From Candidatus Iainarchaeum sp. (lineage in GTDB: Archaea > Iainarchaeota > Iainarchaeia > Iainarchaeales > UBA10219), in NCBI GenBank assembly GCA_018304425.1, contig JAGVWE010000003.1, positions 64,001-128,000 on the forward strand: a stretch of 64,000 bases of DNA. The letters are read 5' to 3'. The translations under genes were made by a program, and so were the position numbers. Each line of letters starts with the position of its first letter. Within the stretch, counting starts at the first letter, position 1. Positions 17,716-26,182 of the stretch are shown here, piece by piece. The notes under the pieces were generated by a model that was not told the origin of the DNA, searched no databases, and was given only the letters and a program-made list of their open reading frames with translations.

Positions 17716-19544
17716 AACAAGTCATGAACACGAAAATCGTTTTAGCTGGACTGGTATTGCTGCTCGTGGCAGGCCTTGCCGCGTTCGCAAAAGCCGAACC
17801 CATGGTAATGGCAGGCCAGGCAAAAACCTTGACGGTGGAACTCACCAACACGAAGAGTGTGGCCGAGACCCTGGACTTGTCCATTGAAAACCAGAACACG
17901 GGCATCATCGCCGAAGTCGAGCAAAAAGCGCTGACGCTCAAGGCCGGCGAACGCCGGACCGTGAACGTGATAGTCAAGGCACTGCCGGACGCCAGGGAAG
18001 GAACCTATTCCATCCGCTTGGTCGGCAAAAAGATGGTAACAGTCCAGGCCCAGCCGCAACCCATGCAGCCAGTAACGGCTCCCGGAGCGGTTCCAGCCAT
18101 GAACCAGCCCATGATGCCCATTCCGCCTGTTTACGGCCAGGCACCCGCTTACAACCAGGCCCTCCCAGGGTTTTCACCCGGACAGCCTGGAAGGCCGGTG
18201 TTCTATCCAACCATTCCAGGCAGGCCCCCGCTCCTCGTCGACGAAGGCGAAATGGATGTGGATGGCGCCCTAGCCATCGAAGCACATCTCTCCAATGCCG
18301 TGGACCCCGACAGCGTGAGGCTGGGCGTTAGGAACGAACTCTTTGACGCGAGCCGCAGGGAACTCAACGTGAGAGGCATCCCCGGCGGCGCCATCGTGGA
18401 ATTCGCAGATGATTTTTTCGAGAAAAAGGAAATCGTGCCCGTGTTCCTTGCCCTCGGCGACAGCCGCGGCAACGAGTACCGGTTTTCCTATGCCTTCAGC
18501 CCAGTGACCCTTGCCGTGGAAGACCCGCGGCTCTCGGTCCGGATCAACGAACTGGATGACGTGGACCCGACCTCGGTGCGGTTCGACCTCCGCGCCAACG
18601 ACTTTGGCGGAACCTTCACCGCTGACGGGCCGGGCATTTCCCTGAACCCCGTGACCGGCGAGATCGTGGCCGACCTGCGCGGCGCGCCGCTGCGGCTCGG
18701 CAGCCGGATTCCCTTCAGCGTGTACGCGAAGGACCTGGTGGGAAAGGAGTTCCGGGTCTCGGGAGACTTCGTGCTTGACTTTGACGACCGGCTTGCCGCC
18801 GCAGGCCAGGCAGTGAACAGCGGTGACACGCTCAAGGACTTCGTGGACTCGGTGGACCGGCAAAAGTACCGGGACTACATCCTCTACCGGAGGAACGTGA
18901 CCGAACCCTACATCAACTCGAGGAACTACATTGACAGCGTGAACCGACAGATGGACATCGACGCGGTAAGATACGGCGGGCCCATCTACCCGGCCAGCGA
19001 ACCATTCCTGGTGCAGGACCGGGACCGCATCACGTACTTCCAGGACGCGGAAATGGATGGCAGCCCCTACGCGGACGCCATTCCATTCGGGCCCATGAAC
19101 CCCTTCCTGGGGGACAGCTTCCCGGCACCCGAAGCAGGCCAGTTCGAGCCCAGGGAAACCGTGCGCGAAGAAGTGGTCTTCGAGAAAGCACTTTCCTTCC
19201 GAGTAGTGAACGAACGGGCTTCCACGGCCGCTCCATCCACGCGAGTAGCCGGGAAACCAGCCAAGCCCAACGCGGCCCAGGCTTTTGCCTCGCCCGTGCG
19301 GGTCACGGAAGCAGGGACCTCACCGGTAGCCGGCTTTGTTTCCTTCAGCTCCGTTGCCGCCATCGGAACGATTGGCGCGGGCATCGTCGTGGTGCTCTTG
19401 CTGGCCTTCATCGTGGGCTCGCTGAGCCGGCCTACGGGCCAGCCAACGGTTCGACCGGCCAGAACCGGGAACCGTTTGCCCCGGAAAAGAACTGGAAACA
19501 TTTCACCGGCCATGCACGTCATCCTCAACTACCGAAGCGGATGA
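17712..19544 (+). CDS. Membrane-anchored surface protein (Ig-like domains, Pro/Gln-rich linker)
   Basis: Signal peptide; LTLKAGERRTV...PDAREGTY; VDPDSV/VDPTSV repeat; VAGFVSF before the TM helix. Confidence 0.78.
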   Translation: MKQVMNTKIVLAGLVLLLVAGLAAFAKAEPMVMAGQAKTLTVELTNTKSVAETLDLSIENQNTGIIAEVEQKALTLKAGERRTVNVIVKALPDAREGTYSIRLVGKKMVTVQAQPQPMQPVTAPGAVPAMNQPMMPIPPVYGQAPAYNQALPGFSPGQPGRPVFYPTIPGRPPLLVDEGEMDVDGALAIEAHLSNAVDPDSVRLGVRNELFDASRRELNVRGIPGGAIVEFADDFFEKKEIVPVFLALGDSRGNEYRFSYAFSPVTLAVEDPRLSVRINELDDVDPTSVRFDLRANDFGGTFTADGPGISLNPVTGEIVADLRGAPLRLGSRIPFSVYAKDLVGKEFRVSGDFVLDFDDRLAAAGQAVNSGDTLKDFVDSVDRQKYRDYILYRRNVTEPYINSRNYIDSVNRQMDIDAVRYGGPIYPASEPFLVQDRDRITYFQDAEMDGSPYADAIPFGPMNPFLGDSFPAPEAGQFEPRETVREEVVFEKALSFRVVNERASTAAPSTRVAGKPAKPNAAQAFASPVRVTEAGTSPVAGFVSFSSVAAIGTIGAGIVVVLLLAFIVGSLSRPTGQPTVRPARTGNRLPRKRTGNISPAMHVILNYRSG

Positions 19545-19596
19545 CGTCCCCTATTTTTCTTTCAACCGCCCAGCCCGCGCTTGACCACCGGCACGT

Positions 19597-21456
19597 TCAA
19601 CGCTCCTTTCGAACCCAGGCCAGGGCAGTCAACAGCAGGGCATAGCCCCCTAACAAGCCCAGTAAAGGCGTGAGCGCGGCCAGGGAGAGGCCTTTCACCA
19701 TCAAGGCCAGCAGGACCTCTTTTGCTGCAGTCAAGGGCAGGAACCTGCTTATCGTGGCAATCCCGGCCGGCATGAACTCGAAGGGGAAAATCGTTCCGCT
19801 CAGGAACAGCATGGGAATCATGGCCAGCAACGAGCCAAGGATGGCCGTGGACAGGGTTTGCGTGAACTGGGCAATGAACAAGCCCAGCGCCGAAAAGGCG
19901 AGCGCGATGACGACCAGCACGGCCAACAACTCCAGGGGCTGCGCGTGCAGGGGCACGTTGAAGGCGAACACGGCCAAGCCCAGCACGATGCCGGCCTCCA
20001 CCAAGGCGAACGCGAGTTGGCCGAACAGTTTGCCCGCCAGCCAGGTTCCCCTCGAGACGCTGGACAAGGCCACGCGTTTGGAAATCCCGGCATTGCGTTC
20101 GAGCACGACCGACAACGCGGTCAAGAGGATGCAGGTCAAGAGCAGGACAATGGCCACCCCTACGGGGGTCACCACCGCCAGTTGGCTGGCCTGGAACGCC
20201 TCTTTTTCCGTGACCTCGACTGGCGTCACCAGGTACGCGGGCTGGTAGGCCTTGAAGCCGTGCACGTTTTCCAGCATGCCGTCCATCAAAGCGCGCGTTT
20301 TCTTGACGTCCTCGTTGAGTTCGGCCTGGGATTCCTTGGCCTCGAAAACGGTTGGCTTGCCTTCGGCGACCGTTTGCTCGAGCGAGGAAACGCTGTCCTC
20401 GAAGCCGCCCAGCGATTTCCTGGCGTCCTCGAGCCCGACCTCAGTGGCGTCAACGCCGGAAAGGGCTCCTTCGACGCGCGCGGCCGTGGAATCGATGTCC
20501 ACCAGGACGCTGCGCAAGTCCGTGGAAACCTTGTTCATGGAATTCACCTGCACGGCCAGGCTGTTCTGCATCTGCTGGAGCTGCGAGCGCAGGGGTTCCG
20601 CGGTGTAGGCCTGCATCTGGGCCAGGTTTTGCCGCATGCGGAGCAATTCGCTGGTCTGCGCGCCCGACGTGTTCTGGGCGTCGAAGACTTTTTTCTTGTA
20701 GCCGGTGAGCAGCGCGCGCGTGTCCTCCAGGCCGGAACGCGAGGACTCCAGGCGGGTCTTCGTGTCGCCATAGAACGAGTTGAAGGCGTCCAGGTCACCG
20801 GTTTCCTTTTCCAGGTCAATGGAATCGAATTGTTGGCTGAGCTTTTCCAGTTTTTCGCGGGTGCGCGCCAGGGTCTCGGAGAACGAGAGCAGCTTCTGGT
20901 TCTCGCTGTCCAAGTCGGCCTCGATTTTTCCCAGGTCGGACCAGATGTCGCCCAGGAGCTCGGTCGCCGTCTGGTAGGCCACGCCGCGCACGGCCGCACT
21001 GACCTGGGCGGCAACGGCTTTGCCGGCCACGACCGAGGAATTGTCGTACACGACTTCCACGGAAACCGGCTGGTTCTTGGCCGAGGGCCGCTGCACCAGG
21101 ATGGCCACCGTTTTTTGCCCGGAGGCGACGGCTTGCCGTGCCGCTTCCGGCGTGGAAACGAATTCGAGTTTCAACGCGTTCTGGTCCGAAATCTTTTCCA
21201 AAAAGCTTTCGCGGTCAAAGCCTTCCCCGGATTCAGGGAGGTAGAGGGCGGCCGAGACGCTTTCGATGGCCGGCTTTCCCAGGGCTTCCGCGTACGCCGT
21301 GCCCTGCCCAAAGGCGAGGGCCAGGGAGAGCATGACCAGCGCAGGGTAGACCAGCACCAGGGCCAGGGCAATCCGTTGCGCGCCGATGAGCTTGACTTCC
21401 TTGGAGGCGATGGCGCCCAGTTGGAGCAGGGGCTGGAAGGGGCTAGGGCTTGGCAC
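19597..21456 (-). CDS. ABC-2 type exporter permease with a long extracytoplasmic coiled coil (YhgE/Pip-like architecture)
   Basis: N-terminal TM, heptad-rich helical region, C-terminal ABC-2 membrane domain (LERNAG, FLSGTIFP, FLPLT). Confidence 0.82.
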   Translation of the reverse strand: MPSPSPFQPLLQLGAIASKEVKLIGAQRIALALVLVYPALVMLSLALAFGQGTAYAEALGKPAIESVSAALYLPESGEGFDRESFLEKISDQNALKLEFVSTPEAARQAVASGQKTVAILVQRPSAKNQPVSVEVVYDNSSVVAGKAVAAQVSAAVRGVAYQTATELLGDIWSDLGKIEADLDSENQKLLSFSETLARTREKLEKLSQQFDSIDLEKETGDLDAFNSFYGDTKTRLESSRSGLEDTRALLTGYKKKVFDAQNTSGAQTSELLRMRQNLAQMQAYTAEPLRSQLQQMQNSLAVQVNSMNKVSTDLRSVLVDIDSTAARVEGALSGVDATEVGLEDARKSLGGFEDSVSSLEQTVAEGKPTVFEAKESQAELNEDVKKTRALMDGMLENVHGFKAYQPAYLVTPVEVTEKEAFQASQLAVVTPVGVAIVLLLTCILLTALSVVLERNAGISKRVALSSVSRGTWLAGKLFGQLAFALVEAGIVLGLAVFAFNVPLHAQPLELLAVLVVIALAFSALGLFIAQFTQTLSTAILGSLLAMIPMLFLSGTIFPFEFMPAGIATISRFLPLTAAKEVLLALMVKGLSLAALTPLLGLLGGYALLLTALAWVRKER

Positions 21457-22435
21457 TGGCCTTCACCCCCGCAGGGGGCAGGTGCCTTTCCCCCGTCAAG
21501 TGGATGAACACGTCTTCGAGTTCGGGTTCCTTCAACTGCTGGCTCAACACCTTGATGCCCTTGCCTTCCACCAGGGAAACGATTTTGCCAGCGGCCTCAA
21601 CCTGATTCCTTTCAGGCAGGGAAACGAAGAGGAAGTGGTGCTTCCACTGGACGCCGGCCTTCGGGTAGAGTCGGTGGATGCCGGCCAGCAGCTCTTTTTC
21701 GCGTTCCAGGTCCGTGCCTTCCGCGGCGCGGAGGGCCAGGATTTTTTCCCCGCCAAAGCGCGCGATGAGTTCCTTGGGGCTGCCGTGGGCCAGGATTTCC
21801 CCGTGGAACAGGATGGCCAGCTCGTCGCACAGCTTCTGGGCTTCCTCCATGTAGTGGGTGGTCAAGACAATGGCTTTGCCCTGTTTTTTGAGTTCCACGA
21901 TTTTCTTCCAGAAGGTGTGCCGCACGTTGGGGTCCAAGGCAACCGTGGGCTCGTCGAAGAAAACGAGGTCGGGGTCGTGGACCAGCGAGCACGCGATGTT
22001 CAGCAGGCGGCGGTAACCGCCCGAGAGTCGCTCGGCGCGCGTTGCCGCAAAGGGCCTGAGTTCCAGCCACCCGAGGAGGGCGGACACGCGTTCATTCAAT
22101 GCCGCGCCGCCCAGGCCGTTGAGGCAGCCGAAGAAGCGGAGGTTTTCTTCCACGGAAAAGGAGGGGTAAAAGCATTCCTCCTGGGGCACGACTCCGAGGA
22201 ACGCGTGCAGGTCCTTGCCGTATTCCTTCAAATCGCGGCCGCGGATTTTCACGTGGCCGGCATCGCTGGGGTAGAGGCCGGAGAGGATGCCGAGCAGGGT
22301 GGACTTGCCCGCGCCGTTCGGGCCCAGGAGGCCGAAGACCTGGCCGTTTTCCACGGCAAAGGAAACCCCTTTCAACAAGGCCCGGCCCTGGAAGGACTTG
22401 CCAATGCCCTGTGCCTCTAACGCCGATTTCATCAT
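21443..22435 (-). CDS. ABC transporter ATP-binding protein
   Basis: GPNGAGKST, LSGG, FFDEPT and TTHYMEEA motifs. Confidence 0.93.
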   Translation of the reverse strand: MMKSALEAQGIGKSFQGRALLKGVSFAVENGQVFGLLGPNGAGKSTLLGILSGLYPSDAGHVKIRGRDLKEYGKDLHAFLGVVPQEECFYPSFSVEENLRFFGCLNGLGGAALNERVSALLGWLELRPFAATRAERLSGGYRRLLNIACSLVHDPDLVFFDEPTVALDPNVRHTFWKKIVELKKQGKAIVLTTHYMEEAQKLCDELAILFHGEILAHGSPKELIARFGGEKILALRAAEGTDLEREKELLAGIHRLYPKAGVQWKHHFLFVSLPERNQVEAAGKIVSLVEGKGIKVLSQQLKEPELEDVFIHLTGERHLPPAGVKASAKP

Positions 22436-22603
22436 AGAATTGGGGCCTATGGGGTTAAAATGCGTTTCCAAGGCGTTGGCTTTGCTCTTAAAGTCGCTTT
22501 CGCTCCTTAAGTCGGGGTCTGCTCAGGTAGCCCCCCTGTTCGAATTAAGGCCCAATCAAGGCCAATAGGAAATAATGCCTGTTTCAGCACAACTACTAAT
22601 TAC

Positions 22604-22679
22604 TACTAATTTAGTTAAAATTAGTAATATCGATAGGTTTTTATTACTAACATTTACTAATTTAGTTAAGATTAGTAAT
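22604..22679. repeat. Two 25-bp direct repeats, each palindromic (putative operators)
   Basis: TACTAATTTAGTTAAAATTAGTAAT (22604-22628) and TACTAATTTAGTTAAGATTAGTAAT (22655-22679); core TACTAAT-N9-ATTAGTA. Confidence 0.85.
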
Positions 22680-22691
22680 TGAGTTGTTCGT

Positions 22692-24050
22692 ATGAAGACC
22701 CCTGAAAAACCGCCGAGCTGGCCTAGTGAATTACGTACTTTCGTGAAAACAAACGATTTGCCAAAAATGCTTCAGGACAGCGAATTGTCCGGCATAATCA
22801 AGGAGAGCCAGAGAAAATATCTGTATTGGGAGGAACTCAGGCACCGCTACCCTAACCCGTCTCATCCCCACAAGTCCATCTGGGCGATTATCAAGCTTTT
22901 CAGGGTACAGCAATACAAGTCCATTGTGATAGGGGGTCGAGTTTTCAATTACTTTCTCACAGAGTCAGCACAAGAAAAACTTCGTTACGCTGATTCGCAT
23001 GCCGGACAAATAATTGGTTCGGAATCTCCCCGCGATAAGTTTCAGGGCGGGGAAAGGAAGCGCTACCTGATTAATTCCCTGATGGAGGAAGCCATTGCTT
23101 CAAGCCAATTGGAGGGGGCAATGACTACTCGCAAGGTCGCCAAAGAAATGCTTAGAACAAAACGCGAGCCAAGAAGCAAAAACGAGTTAATGATTTACAA
23201 CAACTACCAAACAATTAAATACATTAAAGACCTTTTTGAGACCTCAAACGCAGGGGACAGCAAACTAACGTCTTCCTTGATTTTATCATTGCATAAGCTC
23301 ATAACTAAAGGCACGCTTAAGAACCCGCGAGCCGAAGGAAAGTTCAGGGGCACGGATGACATAATAGTCCGAGATGATGCCAACGAAGTAGAATACGTTC
23401 CCCCACCACATAATCAAGTCCCCACCCTAGTCAACGACTTATGCGATTTTGTGAATGCTCCAGCCCTCCCGTTCATTCACCCGCTAATTAAGGCCATAAT
23501 ACTCCACTTTCTGGTTGGATATATTCATCCATTTGAGGACGGCAACGGCAGGGCTGCGAGAGCCTTATTTTACTGGTTTTGCTTAAAGTCCGGTTACTGG
23601 CCCTTTGAGTTCATGCCCATTTCAAGGATAATAAAGAAAGCACCGGCAAAGTACGCGAGAGCATTTCTTTTCACGGAATACGATGACTTGGACATGAATT
23701 ACTTCATTGAATTCAATTTAGACGCGATAAAGCAGGCAATCGTTGAACTTGGCGCTTACCTGAAGAAAAAACAAAAAGAAAAAAACGAGGCGCTACAGTT
23801 AATGACTAAATTGGCCAAGGACCTTAATCTACGCCAATCCCTTATATTGAAGGACTTAGTGGAAGAACCTGAAAAAGCTCTCTCAATAAAAGAAACAAGT
23901 GCGAAATACAATGTAACCTATCAAACAGCGAGAACGGATTTATTGGAACTCTCAAAAAAAGGCTATCTTGGCCTACACAAGAAACGAAAGCAGTTCGTGT
24001 TTTATAAATCAGACAAATTCGACGAAAAAATAAGAACGGACAAAAACTGA
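22692..24050 (+). CDS. Fic family protein with C-terminal HTH
   Basis: HPFEDGNGRAAR catalytic motif; SSQLEG inhibitory motif; VTYQTARTDL HTH; AT-richer than its flanks. Confidence 0.93.
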   Translation: MKTPEKPPSWPSELRTFVKTNDLPKMLQDSELSGIIKESQRKYLYWEELRHRYPNPSHPHKSIWAIIKLFRVQQYKSIVIGGRVFNYFLTESAQEKLRYADSHAGQIIGSESPRDKFQGGERKRYLINSLMEEAIASSQLEGAMTTRKVAKEMLRTKREPRSKNELMIYNNYQTIKYIKDLFETSNAGDSKLTSSLILSLHKLITKGTLKNPRAEGKFRGTDDIIVRDDANEVEYVPPPHNQVPTLVNDLCDFVNAPALPFIHPLIKAIILHFLVGYIHPFEDGNGRAARALFYWFCLKSGYWPFEFMPISRIIKKAPAKYARAFLFTEYDDLDMNYFIEFNLDAIKQAIVELGAYLKKKQKEKNEALQLMTKLAKDLNLRQSLILKDLVEEPEKALSIKETSAKYNVTYQTARTDLLELSKKGYLGLHKKRKQFVFYKSDKFDEKIRTDKN

Positions 24051-24064
24051 AACGCCCAAGGCGT

Positions 24065-24754
24065 TCAAGGCTTTTTAAGGGGGTGCAGGTGGGCCGCGAG
24101 GAACGGGCTTTCCAGGAAGAGCGCGCGCTCCTTGCGGGGGTCTTCCAGGGGCGGGTGCAAGAACAAGAGCACGCGTTTTTGGTCGAAAACCGCATATCTC
24201 CCGGTCGGGCTTGCCTTATAATGGACTTTAACGCCTTTCCTGGCCAACTTATCGTTTTTTGCAGACAAGACCCCTTGTTTTCGCTTGATTCCCTCCCGGT
24301 CCGAGCAAATTACCACGCTTTCCCTGCAATTATCCGTTTCCTCGGCGATACGGTTGTAGATGGTGTGCCGGCCGGTGAGGATGACTGCGTCCTCGGCAAC
24401 GCCTTGGCGTTCCTCTTTGGCGCCCTCGAGGAGGCTGGACAAGGAGAACGCAATGGTCTTCAATTCCTGCAAGTCCTTGTGGTGGCGCTCCGTTTTGTCC
24501 AGGGCCAGGTTCTTGTACACGGTTTCCAGGCGAAGGGCCTTGAACTCCACGGGCTTGCTGGGCCTCCGCACCACGAAGCCCTTGGCCTCCAGGGAGGAAA
24601 GCACGTCATAGATGCGCGCCCGGGGAATGCCCGCGTCCTTCGACAACACCGCCGGCGTAGCGGACCCGAACCGCGAGAGCGCGGAATAGGTCTTGGACTC
24701 GTACTCGTTCAAGCCCAACCGCTTCAAGGAATCCAGGAGCTCGTGTCTAGGCAT
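24065..24754 (-). CDS. TrmB family transcriptional regulator
   Basis: LGLNEYESKTY...SKDAGIPRARIYDVLSSLEAKGFV N-terminal wHTH. Confidence 0.9.
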   Translation of the reverse strand: MPRHELLDSLKRLGLNEYESKTYSALSRFGSATPAVLSKDAGIPRARIYDVLSSLEAKGFVVRRPSKPVEFKALRLETVYKNLALDKTERHHKDLQELKTIAFSLSSLLEGAKEERQGVAEDAVILTGRHTIYNRIAEETDNCRESVVICSDREGIKRKQGVLSAKNDKLARKGVKVHYKASPTGRYAVFDQKRVLLFLHPPLEDPRKERALFLESPFLAAHLHPLKKP

Positions 24755-24768
24755 TCACCATCGACTAG

Positions 24769-24784
24769 TAGTAAGTCGTTACTA
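24769..24784. promoter_or_regulatory. Palindrome upstream of the TrmB gene
   Basis: TAGTAA-GTCG-TTACTA; same arms and spacing as the palindrome at 11378-11393. Confidence 0.6.
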
Positions 24785-24857
24785 GAATAAATAGGTTGCG
24801 CGCCCGGGCAAGCCGTGGTTGCCACGGTTTTTAAACCCCTGCCCAGTCATTACCGCT

Positions 24858-25475
24858 ATGTGGGGGCCCGTTCGCAACCTGTTTTACTTTTTCTTCGACC
24901 TGCTCTCCAACCCGGCCAAGTGGTCGGTGTACCAATTCCTCCACCACCCCCTGCCGCCCTACCAGGTCAACGTGGGCTGCAACAAGAACCTGGTGAGCGG
25001 CTGGATCAACGTGGACCGGGGCGGCAACGCCCGCCGCGCGCTGCGCATCGACATCCTGGGCGGCCTGCCCTTTGAGAATAACTCGGTCCGGTTCATGGCC
25101 AGCAGCCACTTCCTCGAGCATTTGACGCGGGCGGAAGCCAGGCAATGGTTCCGGGAAATCCAGCGCGTCCTCCAACCAGGGGGCGTTGCCCGCTTCGCCT
25201 TCCCCGAACTCGGCTACTTCGTGCGGCAATACGCGGCAGGCCGGATGCAGGCCTTCCTCAACGACCCCGACACCAATGGAGACAAGTTCAACCACTTGTT
25301 CTACGACTACGAGCACCGCTATATCTACGACGAGGAAACCCTTCGAAAGGACCTCACGACAGCCGGTTTCAGGGAAGTCCGCTCCGCGTCATGGAACCAA
25401 AGCCAGTGCAAGGAATTGCAGGGCCTCGAAGGGGACAACCCCTACAAGGTTCCCTGCTACGAGGCCGTCAAGTGA
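24858..25475 (+). CDS. Class I SAM-dependent methyltransferase-like protein
   Basis: VNVGC...GWINVD...LPFENNSV...SHFLEHL...RVLQPGG. Confidence 0.82.
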   Translation: MWGPVRNLFYFFFDLLSNPAKWSVYQFLHHPLPPYQVNVGCNKNLVSGWINVDRGGNARRALRIDILGGLPFENNSVRFMASSHFLEHLTRAEARQWFREIQRVLQPGGVARFAFPELGYFVRQYAAGRMQAFLNDPDTNGDKFNHLFYDYEHRYIYDEETLRKDLTTAGFREVRSASWNQSQCKELQGLEGDNPYKVPCYEAVK

Positions 25476-25503
25476 ACCCCGGCCGTCAAATGAGCCCGTT
25501 GCT

Positions 25504-26127
25504 TCACATCGTGGCCAGGAAGGCGGCCAAGCCGTTCGTCACCAGTTGCACGGCGAGCGCGGCCAGGAGCAGGCCCATGACGCGGGCAAAGGCCTTCAAC
25601 GCCAGGTGGGGCACGCGTTCCTGGAGGGCCGCTCCCCGGGAGAGGATGAGGTAAGCCAGGACAAAGGCCAGCACCGTGGCGCCGAGGAATTCAAGGGCCA
25701 GTTGAGGGGAACCGGCTTGGTTGGCCAGGACAACCCCGGTTGTGATGGCGCCTGGCCCGACAATCAGGGGCATGGCGAGGGGGAAGGCGGCGATGTCCTC
25801 CATTTGAAGGGCTTTTTCCCGCTCGTTTTCGCTGAACTCGGTCTGGGTCTTCAAGCCGAACAGCATCTCCAAGGCGATGACGAACAAGAGGATGCCTCCC
25901 GCGATTTCAAAGGAATACATCTTGATGTGCAGGTAGTCGAAGACCAGGTTGCCGAAGAACGAGGCCAGGACGAAGACCGTGAACGCGATGAGCACGGCCT
26001 TGCGCACGATGTCCGTGCATTCCCCGCCATTGCACTTGTTGAGGAGGGCCACGAAGATGGGCACGTTCGCGAACGAGTCTAGGATGATGAAGATGGAGAC
26101 GAAGGCCAGCAGGAGGAACTCGAACAT
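25504..26127 (-). CDS. MarC family membrane protein
   Basis: FEIAGGILLF, AAFPLAMPLIVGPGAIT and RVMGLLLAALAVQ motifs. Confidence 0.9.
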   Translation of the reverse strand: MFEFLLLAFVSIFIILDSFANVPIFVALLNKCNGGECTDIVRKAVLIAFTVFVLASFFGNLVFDYLHIKMYSFEIAGGILLFVIALEMLFGLKTQTEFSENEREKALQMEDIAAFPLAMPLIVGPGAITTGVVLANQAGSPQLALEFLGATVLAFVLAYLILSRGAALQERVPHLALKAFARVMGLLLAALAVQLVTNGLAAFLATM

Positions 26128-26182
26128 GCTTCAACTAACAGGGAGTATGGAATATTAATACGTATCGGAATCAGTTTAGTGG

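Noticed and set aside
22591-22680. Possible mini-CRISPR or replication origin
   Set aside because: There are only two full copies, no cas or cdc6/orc1 gene nearby and no ORB G-string. An operator is the simpler explanation.
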